Of a stretch of DNA of 64,000 nucleotides, positions 51,451-64,000 are shown in pieces. The stretch comes from Octopus vulgaris. Its lineage: Eukaryota. The stretch covers positions 63,922,001 to 63,986,000 of the forward strand of contig OX597823.1 of the NCBI GenBank assembly GCA_951406725.2, in the 5' to 3' direction. Each line of letters starts with the position of its first letter. Within the stretch, counting starts at the first letter, position 1. The position numbers were made by a program, and so were the translations under genes. The notes beneath the pieces are model-generated. The model was not told where the DNA came from, made no database searches, and saw only the letters and a program-made list of their open reading frames with translations.

Positions 51451-52121
51451 AGAACAATATTGTTTCTCCATGTAGATCATTTTCTCCATGTTTAACATGT
51501 AGATAATTTTTTTCTTTTTTACATATCTTTATTTGATTTTGTAAATGAACAATCTGGTGTTTTTATTTTAGTAGCTTATCAATATATATATACAGTGAAT
51601 TTCTTTGCCTTAGGTGTTGAGAAGATGCTTGGCAAGAAATGGAAACAAAATTGTAGAAAGAAGAAAAACACATGATAATAAAGCAATATAAGAAAAAGAA
51701 AATGCTTTTCTCTATGCACATGGAGGTGACAAAATACAAAACAGAAACAAACTGCTACACTGACCTCAGATGACAGCATAACAGAAATGGTCAAAGAAAC
51801 AAAAACAACATGGCAACAAACCAAGAAACATACTGAAGAAGAAATGGAGAGAAAAATCACTCCATGGCCAATACCCTGCAAAGCTTGAGAGAGAAGAAGT
51901 GAGCCCCAGTAAAAACCAGCAATGGCTCAAAAGCTCTGGACAAAAAGCTGAAATAGAAGGACTGATTCTTGTTGTACAAGATCAGTGTCTGATTTTGAAC
52001 AACTATAAAAGCAAAATAATGAAAACAGACACTAACACAAAATACAGAATGTGCAACCAGCACAATGAGAAAGTTGATCACATTACCTCTGGCTGTCCAG
52101 TCCTTGCCAAATCTGAATATA

Positions 52122-53383
52122 CAGGGTACATAAGATATTTGAGGACTGATTTATGTTTATATATATATAAAAAAAAAAACCCAGATATAACAGATAATAA
52201 CTTTATTTATCACAAAATGCTATGAGGATAAAAATAAATCTTCATTTCTGTAATGTTATTCAATAAAGCCACCTTCAGCTTCAACAGCTGCTTTTATATG
52301 AGATCTAAATCATCTACATGCTTGAATCAAGTGGTCCTGGTTCATTTTGGACATTACTCTGACTATGGCAGCTTTCAAAGTAACTTTGGTGTTATGGGCA
52401 TATTCAGTAACCTCTCTCTCAACAATGCTCCACATGTAAATAGTCCAATGGATTGAGATCTTGGGAATTAGGAGGCCAAATGTTAGGAGTTATGTGATCA
52501 TGAAAATTTTCAGCCATCCATTCCTGTGTTACTAGAGCCATATGTGATAGTATGGAGTCTTACTGAAACACATGGCCTTCCATTGCATACACTGTCTATC
52601 CAGGGCTAACAATTGTTTCCAGGACCTCAATGTAGGTGGCAGAGTTAGCTCTAAGGCCTTATGGAAAGAAGTAAGGAGGCATCACATGTCGTTCATTGCT
52701 GACAACCCTAAAACCATGGAAATTTTGCAGGAAATTTTGTATGCATAACACTTGGAACTTCAGAAGGGTCTGCACATAACCATTTGTCATTTCTTCTGTT
52801 AACATTTTCCTCTTGGTTGAAGTTTTTCTTGTTGAGAAAAACTAAATCAAATCTTCTTCTGCTGGATTTTTAAGAACCTTTTAGATCTGATGTAGTGATT
52901 TTCTTTTGCCTTTTCTGACAAATTGACTTTTCCTCATAATATAAGACTTATATCTGAGGTCTTCGTGGACAACTTTTCTGACTGTTCCTTCTGGACATAT
53001 GGAAATCTTTTGCAATGACCTCATAGACTTTTTGGGATTGTAATCAATGGTCTGTTGAACTTGCTGGATAAATTCAAGTGGTCTGATTATTGCAGAGTGT
53101 TTAGAATGCTTTTTATGCTTTGATGCTGGTGATATGTTTCCATCTTCAGTCTCTAACTCCTTACAAACTTTGTAGACAAAAGATCTGGCAACTTTAAAAA
53201 TTAGAGAGATTTCTAAATTGCTATGCTCAGCCTTTATAACTACAATAACAGCATGCCTCTTCATTTCTTGAATAAGCTGAGGGTCTTCCATTATTATTTT
53301 CTGAAACAAAGATTATGCAGAGTGAACAAAAAATGCAGCAATGACCCAAAAAAGGTATATCCTCAAATACCTTATGCACCCTG
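52122..53383 (-). mobile_element. Full-length decayed Tc1/mariner-superfamily transposon (DD37D/maT-like)
   Basis: TIRs cagggtacataagatatttgagga / tcctcaaataccttatgcaccctg, TA TSD; HTH ORF 52881-53309; WPPNSQDLNPLDY motif at ~52440-52478. Confidence 0.9.
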
Positions 53384-53483
53384 TATATACAGACATGATC
53401 AAGTAAGTAATGTCCACTGGACAATATGCCAACACTACAACCCTAAAACTGACAATAAATGGTATAGACGTGTACCAAATATG

Positions 53484-53716
53484 AGGGCGGTGAGCTGGCA
53501 GAATTGTTAGCACACCGGGCGAAATGCTTAGCAGTATTTCATCTGCCGTTACGTTCTGAGTTCATTTTCCGCCGAGGTTGACTTTACCTTTCATCCTTTC
53601 GGGGTCGATAAATTAAGTACCAGTTATGCACTGGGGTTGATGTAATCGACTTAATCCTTTTGTCTGTCCTTGTTTGTCCCCTCTGTGTTTAGCCCCTTGT
53701 GGGTAGTAAAGAAATA
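53484..53716 (+). mobile_element. Full-length SINE B with 19-bp TSD
   Basis: ggtatagacgtgtaccaaa / ggtatagacatgtgccaaa. Confidence 0.92.
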
Positions 53717-54569
53717 GGTATAGACATGTGCCAAACAAGGTACAAGACAATGATCAGACCACAATCATCTGGGATATGTCTGTTCAAACCAACAAAGAAA
53801 TAAAAACTAATTACTCAGACGTAATAATCAAGAATTGGGAAAGAAACACCTGCTTACTGATAGACATTGCAGTCTCTTCTGACCAAAATATTATCCAAAG
53901 AGAAGTAGAGAAATTGTCAAAGTACAAAGATTTCAAAATTGAAGTATTCAAGATGCATGGCATAAAGGTGAAAACAATACCAGTAATAACTGGAGCATTG
54001 GGTATGATAAAAAATATAAGAACAAAATCGTAGAAGCTACACCTAGATCCTCAACACTACACACTATCCCAAAAATAGCCCTGCTAGGAAAAGCCCACAT
54101 CCTACGCAAGACACTATCAATTCAATAATACAACCTAAACAAAACACAAGACACATTCTATACAGCAAGTATCCAATGAAAAAAAACTACCACCAGCAAG
54201 CTAGATAGCCATAGCATTACATGCACAATACAACAAAAGATTGTGCCACACCTCAACAAAAAAAGAAAAACTGACACACTGGGAAGAGTTTGCTCACTCA
54301 CAACAACAAAAATTGAACACACAATGCAACATGAAGGTTTAGGAGGGGAGGTGATGCAGTAAAAATTTGCCTGAAACTACCAGATATTGAACAATAATAA
54401 TAACAATAATAATAATAATAATAATAATAATGCCCTAATGCAGTACCAGGCAGTGGCTCTCATGGCTTCTGATCTTAACTGATTGGAAGTGTTATCATGT
54501 ACATTGTTTTGTCTTGGTATAAAATATGGGGCTACAGCAAATTTTTATACAATCTCAACAGTTTTCAGG

Positions 54570-55250
54570 TGTGTAGATAAGTTGATTACATCGACTCCAG
54601 TACTTGACGGGTACTTATTTTATCACCTTTGAAGGGATAAAAGGCCAAGTCAAACTAATAATCCTTTTTATTACAGGCACAAGCCCTGGGATTTCTTGGG
54701 AGGAGGATAGTCGATCACATCGACCCCAGTACTTGACCGGCACTTAATTTATCAACCCCAAAAGGATGAAAAGCAAAATTGACCTCTCAGAATTTGAACT
54801 CAGCATGTAGCAATGGGCAAAATACTGCTAAGCATTTCATCCAGCATGCTAACAATTCTGCCTTAGTAATAATAATAATGAGTGTTTCTAATATAGCTAC
54901 AGAATCAGCGATTTTGAGAGGAAGATGATAGTTGATAATGAATCCCAGTTCTTGACTGGTACTTTATTTTGTTGACCTCAGAAGGATAAAAGGCAAAGTT
55001 GTTTCCAGTGTGGTTTGAACTCATGTTGTATATAGTCAGAAGAAAAGACCATAGTCATTTTGTCTGGCAACCTAATAATTCTAATAGCTCTTTTACCTAA
55101 TTGCTCTTTACTTTTGTACAAGGCCTGAAAATTTTGGAAAGGGTGTTGAATAAATCAACCACTGAATTTGACAAATAATTTATTTTAATGACCGTAAAAA
55201 GATGGAAGGAAAAAAATTGGTGTTAGCAGGATTTGAACTCATAACAAATG
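54570..55250 (-). mobile_element. Array of degenerate SINE B-related copies
   Basis: Four repeats of cagtacttgac.ggtactta.ttt..cgaccc..aaaggat.aaaggcaaagt. Confidence 0.75.
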
Positions 55251-56454
55251 ACACGAGGCATTTTGGTTAATCCATTGTCTATCAATTACTAAGCTAGACC
55301 AACACACTTAGCAATTTGTTCAGCAGTGCATATTCTTTTATATCTTTGGTTACTACTGAGTGTTTCTGTGCAGAAAACAACATGATTACTATGATTTCCA
55401 TCTAAAACTCTGATATGTTTTGTTCAAATGGTTTAAAAAAAAAAAAACGCTAATTTTAGTGAATTCCACTTTTTCATTTAAAGTCTTTAAATGATTTCTA
55501 TTTGCCAAAATAAATGGTGATATTACAATCTATCATTTCATGTGTTAAATCATGAAATTTTTTTTGCAGTCTTTCAGTTAATCTTGTCTTTCAGTTAATC
55601 TTGTAGAAACACCATTCTTAACAGTATCAAATTATATTTTTTTAAATAGAAAATTCATTTTTCTTTTACTTAAAAAAAAAAATTTTAATGGCTGCTATTT
55701 GTCAGAACAGATGGTGACATAATCATCTGTGTATTCATGTGATACATCTTAAGCTTCATTTTGTCTTTCAGTTGATCTCTTGTAAAAACAAGAACACTTT
55801 AGTGGATGAGTGAAGTATCATTGAGTTAGAAAAAGACAAACAATGATTTTCAGAGGTTGATGGAAAGAGAACTAACTAGTGGTGGATGCTGTGAAGAGAA
55901 ACGGGATGATATAATTGGGTCCTGTGCTAGAGTAAAGAAAAAATGGATGTGAGTAGGTGAGAGGATTGATGGAAATGGATGTAGAAGAAAGTAGTGGAAA
56001 AAAATGACCCCAAAATATATGGCTGAAGATGATGAAAGAAATAAGGGAAAAGGGAGCTGTGAGGGGCATTGCAGATGAAACAGTAAAATAGGGGAAGCAG
56101 TGATGGAGCCTGGAAGGCTTTAGTAGAGAATTGGCTTTAAAGCACTTGTTCTTATTGTAGGTAATCCTGTAAAATCACTATTCTTACCTGTGTCAACTTT
56201 TCTGGAATTTCAAAATAACAAGTGTTATTTTTGTTTGATTAATATTTAACTGTTTCAGTAATGAGACTGTGACCCCACTGAAGTTTTTTGTTTTTTTGTT
56301 TTGTTTTAATCAGTCATATTGACCCCATTTCTTGTTTTTAAATCTGGTATTAATTGATCTCTGACTGTTGAATCATTGAGTTATGAAATATAAACACTGA
56401 CACTTTTCTTTTGAAAGCAGCAACGATGTGAAAATAGACATGAATAGTGACATG

Positions 56455-56519
<65 letters not shown>

Positions 56520-56902
56520 TGGCATTAGGAAGGACATCCAGCCGTAAAAACTTTGCTGAATCAGACTAAAGTCTGGTGCAGCTTGCCAGCTCTGCTTAAA
56601 CGATCCAACGGATACCAGTATGGACAACACACGTTAAATGATGATATATTCAGACACACACACACACACACACACAAATATATATATGTGTGTGTATTCA
56701 TGCATGTATATACATATACATATATATATATACATACATATATATATATACATACATACATACATGCATACATACATGCATACATACATACATACATATA
56801 TAAAGTTAATCCAAACAAGAAAGCACAAAAAAACACAACAACGCGAGGACGTGGAACAAATATAGTATTATTGGACGCTCAGGAAAGAAGGAAAGAAGGA
56901 GG

Positions 56903-56937
56903 GTTTAACGTTTCGAGCGGAGCTCTTCGTTGGAAAC
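56903..56937 (-). ncRNA. Minimal hammerhead, core-mutated copy
   Basis: gttt CCAACGA a gagc tcc gctc GAAA cg tt aaac; homologous to 8929-8963. Confidence 0.5.
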
Positions 56938-57743
56938 ATAGGAGAAGGAAAGATTCAGAGAAGGGAAGACAGGGGAAAAAAAATCCCCAACGGTACACAC
57001 GAGGTCATATTGTAGGTAATCCTACATGAATAGAGACATGAACAAACACACACACACACATGTTCGCATTAGGAAGGACATCCAGCCGAAAAAATACAAT
57101 AAGGTCACATATATATATGTGTGTGTGTGTGTGTGTATTAAAGAATTATTGCTAAATTTTGCTACAATAGCTGCTGTCATTTGCAACAAGTACTGATATT
57201 ACACTATAATGCCTTCTAACACACAAGTGGATCAAAGCATGAAGGACAATGGGTATCCTCTTTATGAATTCATAAATAAAACCTCCCAATTGTTTCACTG
57301 TATTATGAAACAGTAACCTTTCAATTGGTTACCCAGTACAACAGCAATGAAGCCACTTGCGCCATAGTGACTAAACTATTTGCATAATAGTGACTAAGCT
57401 ACTTGAAACAAAGCAAGTAAGCCAGTTGATTTAATTGAAACTGTTACAGCGAAAAGGTTAATTAAGCTGAATAATTAGAGTTCAATTAAATGAAACAGTT
57501 GAGGACTAAATTACGACTGAATGCAGACAACGTTTATGGATTTAACACTACTGTAAATTAATTGGTTACTCACTAATAATTCTCTTTTATATGTCCTTTG
57601 TGTCTGAAATCCACATTTAGTTTAAATAAATAAATTAGACAAGCAAATGAAGCAGTTGCTACACAGTTGTTGATTCTGCTAGAAATAGCTGACATGTTTC
57701 TCGGAAATTATTAAAGTTAAGACAGAAAGTTTAAATGTTGTAT

Positions 57744-58105
57744 AGGCGCAGACATGGCTGTGTGGTAAGAAGTTCACTTCCCAACTACATGGCTCTGAGT
57801 TCAGTCCTACTGTGTGGCACCATTGTCAAACGTCTTTTACTATAATCTCAGGAGTGACCAAAGCCTTGTGAGTGGATTTGGTAGATGGAAACTGAAAGAA
57901 GCCCATGATATATATATGTATGTGTGTGTCTTTGTGTCTGTGTTTTTTCCCCACCAGTGCTTGACAACCGATGTTGGTGTGTTTACGTACCTGTAACTTA
58001 GCAGTTCAGCAAAGAGACTGATAGAATAAGTACCAGGCTTGAAGAAATATATATATAAGTACTGGGATAATTTTATTCAGCTAAATATTCAAGGTGGTGA
58101 AAAAA
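57744..58105 (+). mobile_element. SINE family A copy
   Basis: ggcgcagacatggctgtgtggtaagaag... Confidence 0.85.
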
Positions 58106-58694
58106 GTAAAGGAGATATTATATAATCTATAAAAAAACAAAGACAAAAATCTTTCTATCCATAGCTCTGATGGTTCAGGACTTTCTTGAAGCTTTTGTAA
58201 CTGTTTTACAAGATTATCGAAAAATTTTGTGGCATTTTGGGAGGGTTACTGTTCTAATAAAAGCACTTGCACTGATTATAGTTGTTTTTTTTATATGTAT
58301 TTTACTTGAACTGTAGGATTCATAAGGTTGGTTTGGTTATCCAATTTCCATGGCATATAAGTGATTGAAATCACCACATGCCCCTGAATGGGACACCAGT
58401 CCATTGCAGGACTCAAAGCTAACAACCTTTTATGGGAGGGGACCAGTTGGTTACATCAACCATGTACTTGACTGGTATTTTATTTTGTTGACCATGAAGG
58501 GCTGAAAGACAAAATTGACCTCAGCAGGATCTGAACTCAGGATGTAAAGAGCTACAAGAAATGCTGATAAGCATTTTGTCTGACATACACTTTCACACTT
58601 TTACACAATATAAATTTTTATTTTTTACACTTTTACTTAACATAAATTTTTATTTTTCAAAATGATACTAAACTAACAGGTAAAAATTATTAAT

Positions 58695-59122
58695 TTATAA
58701 TCAGGATAGGAGATAGTACACAGCATTGCTAGAAATAAGAGCCAAAACTGGTCAAAACCATAGTTATCACTTATATACACTGGTGAATTCAAGGTAAACA
58801 AGTAAATATAAAAGCCAACTAGCCATAGCAATTAAAAATCACCAATAAATTTACAATTATACTCGTATCACATAATTTTAAACCTTGTGATAAACACTTA
58901 GTTCGTATCAGAAATATTACTGCGTAGACGACTAGGCAAATTACATGATATGAGTGTGACTGTAGATACATTTGTGATTTTTAATTGCTATGGTTAATTG
59001 GGTTTTATATTTACTCATTTTCCTTGAATTCACCAGTGTGTATTAGTGATAACTGTGTTTGTGACCAGTTTTGACTCTAATTTCTAGCAATGCTGTGTAC
59101 TATTTCCTACCCTGATTGTAAT
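58695..59122. repeat. Diverged inverted repeat (~180-bp arms) ending in (TA)n
   Basis: aatcaggataggagatagtacacagcattgctagaaat... mirrored by ...atttctagcaatgctgtgtactatttcctaccctgatt. Confidence 0.9.
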
Positions 59123-59196
59123 ATATATATATATATATATTACATATCACTATATGTTTGTGTATACATAAATATATATATATATATCATCATCAT

Positions 59197-59237
<41 letters not shown>

Positions 59238-59971
59238 CACACACACACACACACATATATATAAACATATATATATATATACATACACTGATATATATAT
59301 ATATATATACTTATATATAACTTATATATATGTATATATGTGTGTGTGTGAATATATGTATATGTGTATGTGTGTTTATGTGCATGTGTATATATATGTT
59401 TATATCTACAAATGCACACACATATTTATGTATGTGTGTGTGTACATATAGGTATATGTGTGTATATATAGGTATATGTGTGTATATACACACACACACA
59501 TATTTAACTTCATGTAAATACATTACTGCTCTAGCTTTTAGTGTATGCTTCTTTTACAGATATATGATCCACTGACGATATATATATATATATATACTCA
59601 AGTATGTATAAACTTATCATGGCTTCTATGCACTTTTCTCATGTCTTGGTATATTTTGTCATAGGTGAACAGGTCTTCTGCAACACCACATATACAAGTC
59701 AGTCATCTCTTGTTTGAGATGCAGCATCAACAGGTAAGCCTTCACCACTTCATCCTAAGGCTTGCTTGGTTTCACTCTTCTGCATATTCTACTACCTTGC
59801 ATTGCTAGATGCTACCTTCCTTCTGCACCAATCATCATCTATATGCATAGCTTGCTTGTACAAATGCATTTTCCTCTCTTGTACATTGCACTTCATTCCT
59901 CTTGTACAACATTATCCTCTCAGCTTATTTTTTACTCCAGCATTACTCATTTTTTACTCATGCACACTAAG

Positions 59972-60076
59972 ATGGATAGTCTGTGGTCCAGGGTACATGT
60001 TGACAATACTGGACCAGTAAAAGATGCATACTACTTGGACATTGCCGATAGCTTTACCAAGTGGTCAGAAGTTTGT
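59972..60076 (+). mobile_element. Gypsy-type integrase fragment
   Basis: WSRVHVDNTGPVKDAYYLDIADSFTKWSEV resembles the rve core N-terminus. Confidence 0.8.
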
Positions 60077-60257
60077 TAGGTACAGTCAGCCTTAAATATT
60101 ACATATCTATTGGAGCAGATTACTTTCATTTTTGTTCTTTAGTCTTATTCTGTATTCAAAGCTCATATCTAGCTACCATGCACCATTGCAGTTCTAACAC
60201 CTGTGATATACAACCTGCCCTTCAATCCAAGGGAAAAGACCTTCACTGCCTGCTGTG

Positions 60258-60786
60258 ATAACGAGTATTTGCCACCCTACATATATGTATCTTATGAATA
60301 TGTTCTTAGCATTCTCGAAGTTTCAGCTCGGCATTGTATCTATTGCTGACTGTAAATGCACCTGTGTGTGATATTTGAAAAATTATAACATATAATGATG
60401 GGACACGTGTTATCTTGTCTCTGAATTATAAGTTAGTTGTTTAGGCCGGTTACTGACGAGAATTTGCCTGGTGGATAATATGGTCTTGCTAAATTATCTA
60501 TTAAAAGATGGCAAGTAATATTATTTGTTAAAGAAATTTGAAACCATGGTATAACCATTAAATAACAGGGTAAAGGCTTTTATTTTTCATCTAATTCGAA
60601 ATTTGCTATTAAATTGTGGTTTTTGGCCGTGTTGGTTGCTATTTCTAGCATGTAAAAATTACCTGTTAAAGGGTAATTTTCTATTTTGAAATATGAATAT
60701 GTTGTCTGTTGACTATTTATACATGCTGGGCCACTGGTGGTAATATTTATAACGAGTATTTGCCACCCTATATATATGTATCTTAT
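60258..60786 (+). mobile_element. About 490-bp unit bounded by 38-bp direct repeats, containing a hammerhead
   Basis: ataacgagtatttgccacccta(c/t)atatatgtatcttat at 60258 and 60749. Confidence 0.75.
60448..60556 (+). ncRNA. Type I hammerhead ribozyme with enlarged loop II
   Basis: ggtta CTGACGA gaattt [~68 nt] aaattt GAAA ccatgg TA taacc. Confidence 0.78.
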
Positions 60787-61049
60787 ACATGTATGTATAT
60801 ATATATATATGCTGGTATCACATAGTAAGCTCTAGTGCTGATACCAGGTGAAGAGCACCTAGTACACTCTGTAGAGTGGTTGGTATTAGGAAGGGCATCC
60901 AGCTCTAAAAATCAAAATGTACAAAAGAGGCTGGTGTGGTTCCTGGCCTTACCGACTCTGCCAACTCCAGTCAAACCATCCAATCCATGTCAGCATGGAA
61001 AATGGATGTAAAATGGCGATGTGGATGATGATAATGCTTATATAGTGAT

Positions 61050-61400
61050 ATCATCATCATCATCATCATCGTTTAACGTCCGTTTTCCATGCTAGCATGG
61101 GTTGGACGGTTCGACTGGGGTCTGGGAAGCCAGGAGGCTGCACCAGGCTCCAGTCTGATCTGGCAGTGTTTCTACAGCTGGATGCCCTTCCTAACGCCAA
61201 CCACTCCATGAGTGTAATGGGTGCTTTTCACGTACCAGGGGAGGCTGGCAACAGCCACGATCAGTTGGTACTTTTTACGTGCCACCGGCACGGGGGCCAG
61301 TCAAGGCAGCGCTGTCATCGGCCACATTCAGATGGTACTTTTTATGTGCCACCGGCACAGATATCACAACTATAATTTCCATTTGACTTTTTGATGTTGA
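61050..61400 (-). mobile_element. RTE 3' UTR-derived retroposon
   Basis: Reverse complement of the 24525-24817 type, with (CAT)n. Confidence 0.85.
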
Positions 61401-62293
61401 TGTACTTGGTGTGTATATGTAATATGCATGTGTGTTTTTATATGGGTGTTTACATTCTATGCTTTTCCCCCATAAAGTCACCATTGAGCCACTGACAGCG
61501 GTATTGTTGATGTTTCTCTGTCTAGATATTGTCCATGAAATCTGTGCTTTTGAAGATGATTAGAATAAAAACTCCCTTTCTTGGAAAATAGGTAACAATG
61601 GTTCAGGTCACAATGGACGTCCAGCTGTGAAAAGTGCTTCAATAATATATATAGCCATCTAACTCATACTAGCATGAGAAAAAGAATATAAAATGAACAA
61701 ATAGTGAGATAACATTTTTTATTATCAACACACAAAGTTATTTACTGGCATAATGGAGAACTGGGCTTTGTCAATTATATTAAATAAAATATAATTACAT
61801 TTCTGAGATAGATGTTAAAAAAAAAGTATTATCTGTTGACAGAAGTGAACTCCAGTTTAATGTCAACAATTTAATTATTCAATTTATCACTTGTATGGAA
61901 AAAAACGATTCGTTCTGTTGCTATTTTGACTTGTTTGCTTCTGTGTGTTTGTTCAGGTGATAAAGAGATGTTACCTGAATAACTGCATGAAAGCAAGAAA
62001 TGGAGTGTGATTTGAAGAGGGGCGTTTAGCTGCTGTTTCTCGTATATACAGCTTGGCACCAGTGACGTCACTCCTCATTTCTACAGCTGAGTGAACTGGA
62101 GCAACGTGAAATAAAGTGTCTTGCTCAAGGACATAACACACAGCCTGGTCTGGGAATCGAACTCACTACCTCATAATTGTGAACCTGAAGTTCTAACCAC
62201 TGAGCCATGCATCTGTCTACGTCCCCCTGTAACTTAGCAGGTCAACAAATGAGAGCAGGCTTAAAAGTTTAAAATAAGTACTAAAATAAGATA

Positions 62294-62704
62294 GGCGCAG
62301 GAGTGGCTGTGTGGTAAGTAGCTTACTAACCAACCACATGGTTCCGGGTTCAGTCCCACTGCGTGGCATCTTGGGCAAGTGTCTTCTGCTATAGCCCCGG
62401 GCCGACCAATGCCTTGTGAGTGGATTTGGTAGACGGAAACTGAAAGAAGCCTGTCGTATATATATGTATATATATATATATGTGTGTGTTTGTGTGTCTG
62501 TGTTTGTCCCCCCACCATCGCTTGACAACCGATGCTGGTGTGTTTACGTCCCCGTCACTTAGCGGTTCGGCAAAAGAGACCGATAGAATAAGTACTGGGC
62601 TTACAAAGAATAAGTCCCGGGGTCGATTTGCTCGACTAAAGGCGGTGCTCCAGCATGGCCGCAGTCAAATGACTGAAACAAGTAAAAGAGTAAAAGAGTA
62701 AAAG
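62294..62704 (+). mobile_element. SINE family A, near-consensus (CpG-intact, young) copy
   Basis: tRNA-like A/B boxes (tggctgtgtggtaag, ggttcagtccc), cttgggcaagtg CORE-like segment, TA/TG tract, (taaaagag)n tail. Confidence 0.93.
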
Positions 62705-62989
62705 AGAGAGAGAGAGTAATAGGTTGATTTGTTTTGACTAAAATTTTTCAAGGCAGTGCCCCAGCGTGGTCGCAGTCTGAAGACTTGAAACAATTAAAAG
62801 ATAAAAAAAATAACTGCTAGTCTTCACCAACTGTTAACATTATTTTGAACTGTAAGTAATACTGTTTACCTAGTCAGCTCATTATGTAGCAATCCAACAA
62901 GAGTGTCTCTATGCAGTTGCTCAATTTGCTGGAAATAGCAGCCAAATCTTACTTAAACCATACCCTGTTGTCTTATAAGATACTTGCTC

Positions 62990-63153
62990 ATTTCTGTCTC
63001 ACCCTTTCTCTATGTCTGAATGTTTCTCTCTCTCTCTCTCTCTCTCTTTCATTCTATACCTGTTTATCTTTCTCTCTCCCTCTCTTGATATGTGTGTTTA
63101 TCTCTTCCTCTTTGTGTATTTATCCATTTCCCTCCTCCCTTTATGTTTTTGTG

Positions 63154-63190
<37 letters not shown>

Positions 63191-63855
63191 TTTTTATATC
63201 TATCTGTTTACCTCTCTCTCTCTCTCTCTCATTATGTATTTCTCTCTCTCTTTCTGTTTATCTATGTGCATGATTCTCTTTTTTCTCTTTCTCACTCCCT
63301 CTCTGTTTCACTCACTCCTCTTCGGATGTGGTGTGTGTGTGTGTGCATGTGTGTGTGTGGGTGTGAATGGCTTAGTGGTGTGTGTGTATGTTTGTACAAG
63401 TGTGTGTATGAATGTGTGTGCATGTGTGTGGTGTGCATGTGTGTCTGTGCATGCGTGCATGTGTGTGTATGCACAAGCATATGCATGTGTGTATGTTTGA
63501 ACATGTCTGTGTGTGTGTATGAATGTGTATGTATGTGTCTGTGTGAGTGCGTGTGTGTGGGTGTGGGTGAATGGGTAAGTGGTGCATGTGTGTTTGTACA
63601 TGTGTCTGTGTGTGTATGAATGTGTATGTATGCGTGCGTGTGCACGGGTGTGTGAGTGTATGCGTGTGTGAATGGGTAAGCGGTGTATGTGTGTATGTTT
63701 GTGTATGTGTGTCTATGTGTGTGTATGAATGTGTGTGCGTGCATGTGTGTGTGTGTGAATGGGTAAGTGGTGCATGTGTCTGTGTTTGTATGAATGCACT
63801 CGTGCGCATGTGTGTTTGTGTGTGTGTGTGTATGCATGCATGCATGTGTGTGTTT
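62990..63855. repeat. (CT)n tract followed by a TG-rich higher-order minisatellite
   Basis: gtgaatgg(g/c)t.ag(t/c)ggtg recurs four times within (TG)-like sequence. Confidence 0.9.
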
Positions 63856-64000
63856 TAATTAATAATTTTATAAATCATTTTTTGGGGATTCTAATTATGT
63901 CTGAGGATAATCTGTGTACATAAAATGTAAATTGATAAATGACTTTCATGTCACATATCTTTCTTTATAGTTTTCATTATGATGATGATCATCATCATCA

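Larger units (their letters stand above)
51860..54400 (+). mobile_element. R4/Dong-like element interrupted by a Tc1/mariner element and a SINE; (TAA)n tail
   Basis: QWLKSSGQKAEIEGLILVVQDQ...DHITSGCPVLAKSEY|IYRHDQV...IIWDMSVQTNKEIK..DVII..LLIDIAV..EKLSKYKD..PVITGALG. Confidence 0.88.

Noticed and set aside
62911-63858. Multiple Cys/Val- or His/Thr-rich ORFs
   Set aside because: (CT)n and (TG)n low-complexity sequence

Overview
AT-rich, repeat-saturated eukaryotic DNA. The SINE/LINE repertoire and the density of (TA)n/(CA)n/(ATC)n microsatellites strongly suggest an octopod cephalopod (Octopus-like; inferred from remembered repeat families, not searched). No intact host protein-coding exon could be identified with confidence, and most listed ORFs are microsatellite or SINE artefacts. 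Recognisable content: several tRNA-derived SINE families; RTE, R4/Dong-like (RLE), Tx1/L1-like and Penelope-like retroelement remnants; a 5'-truncated hAT transposase; mariner/Tc1 remnants; piggyBac-, Mutator-, hAT- and Helitron-type non-autonomous elements; a gypsy integrase scrap; and a CpG-richer putative promoter with RFX X-boxes near 4.8 kb. Most notable: (i) type I hammerhead ribozymes with an enlarged stem/loop II and a palindromic stem III, showing compensatory base changes, inside (TA)n-anchored elements that are often foldbacks; (ii) a SINE whose 3' tail matches a (TCTA)n-embedded Tx1-like LINE and whose tail variants correlate with target-site sequence; (iii) apparent partitioning of microsatellite types among retroelement families. 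Coordinates were counted by hand and element ends are approximate.
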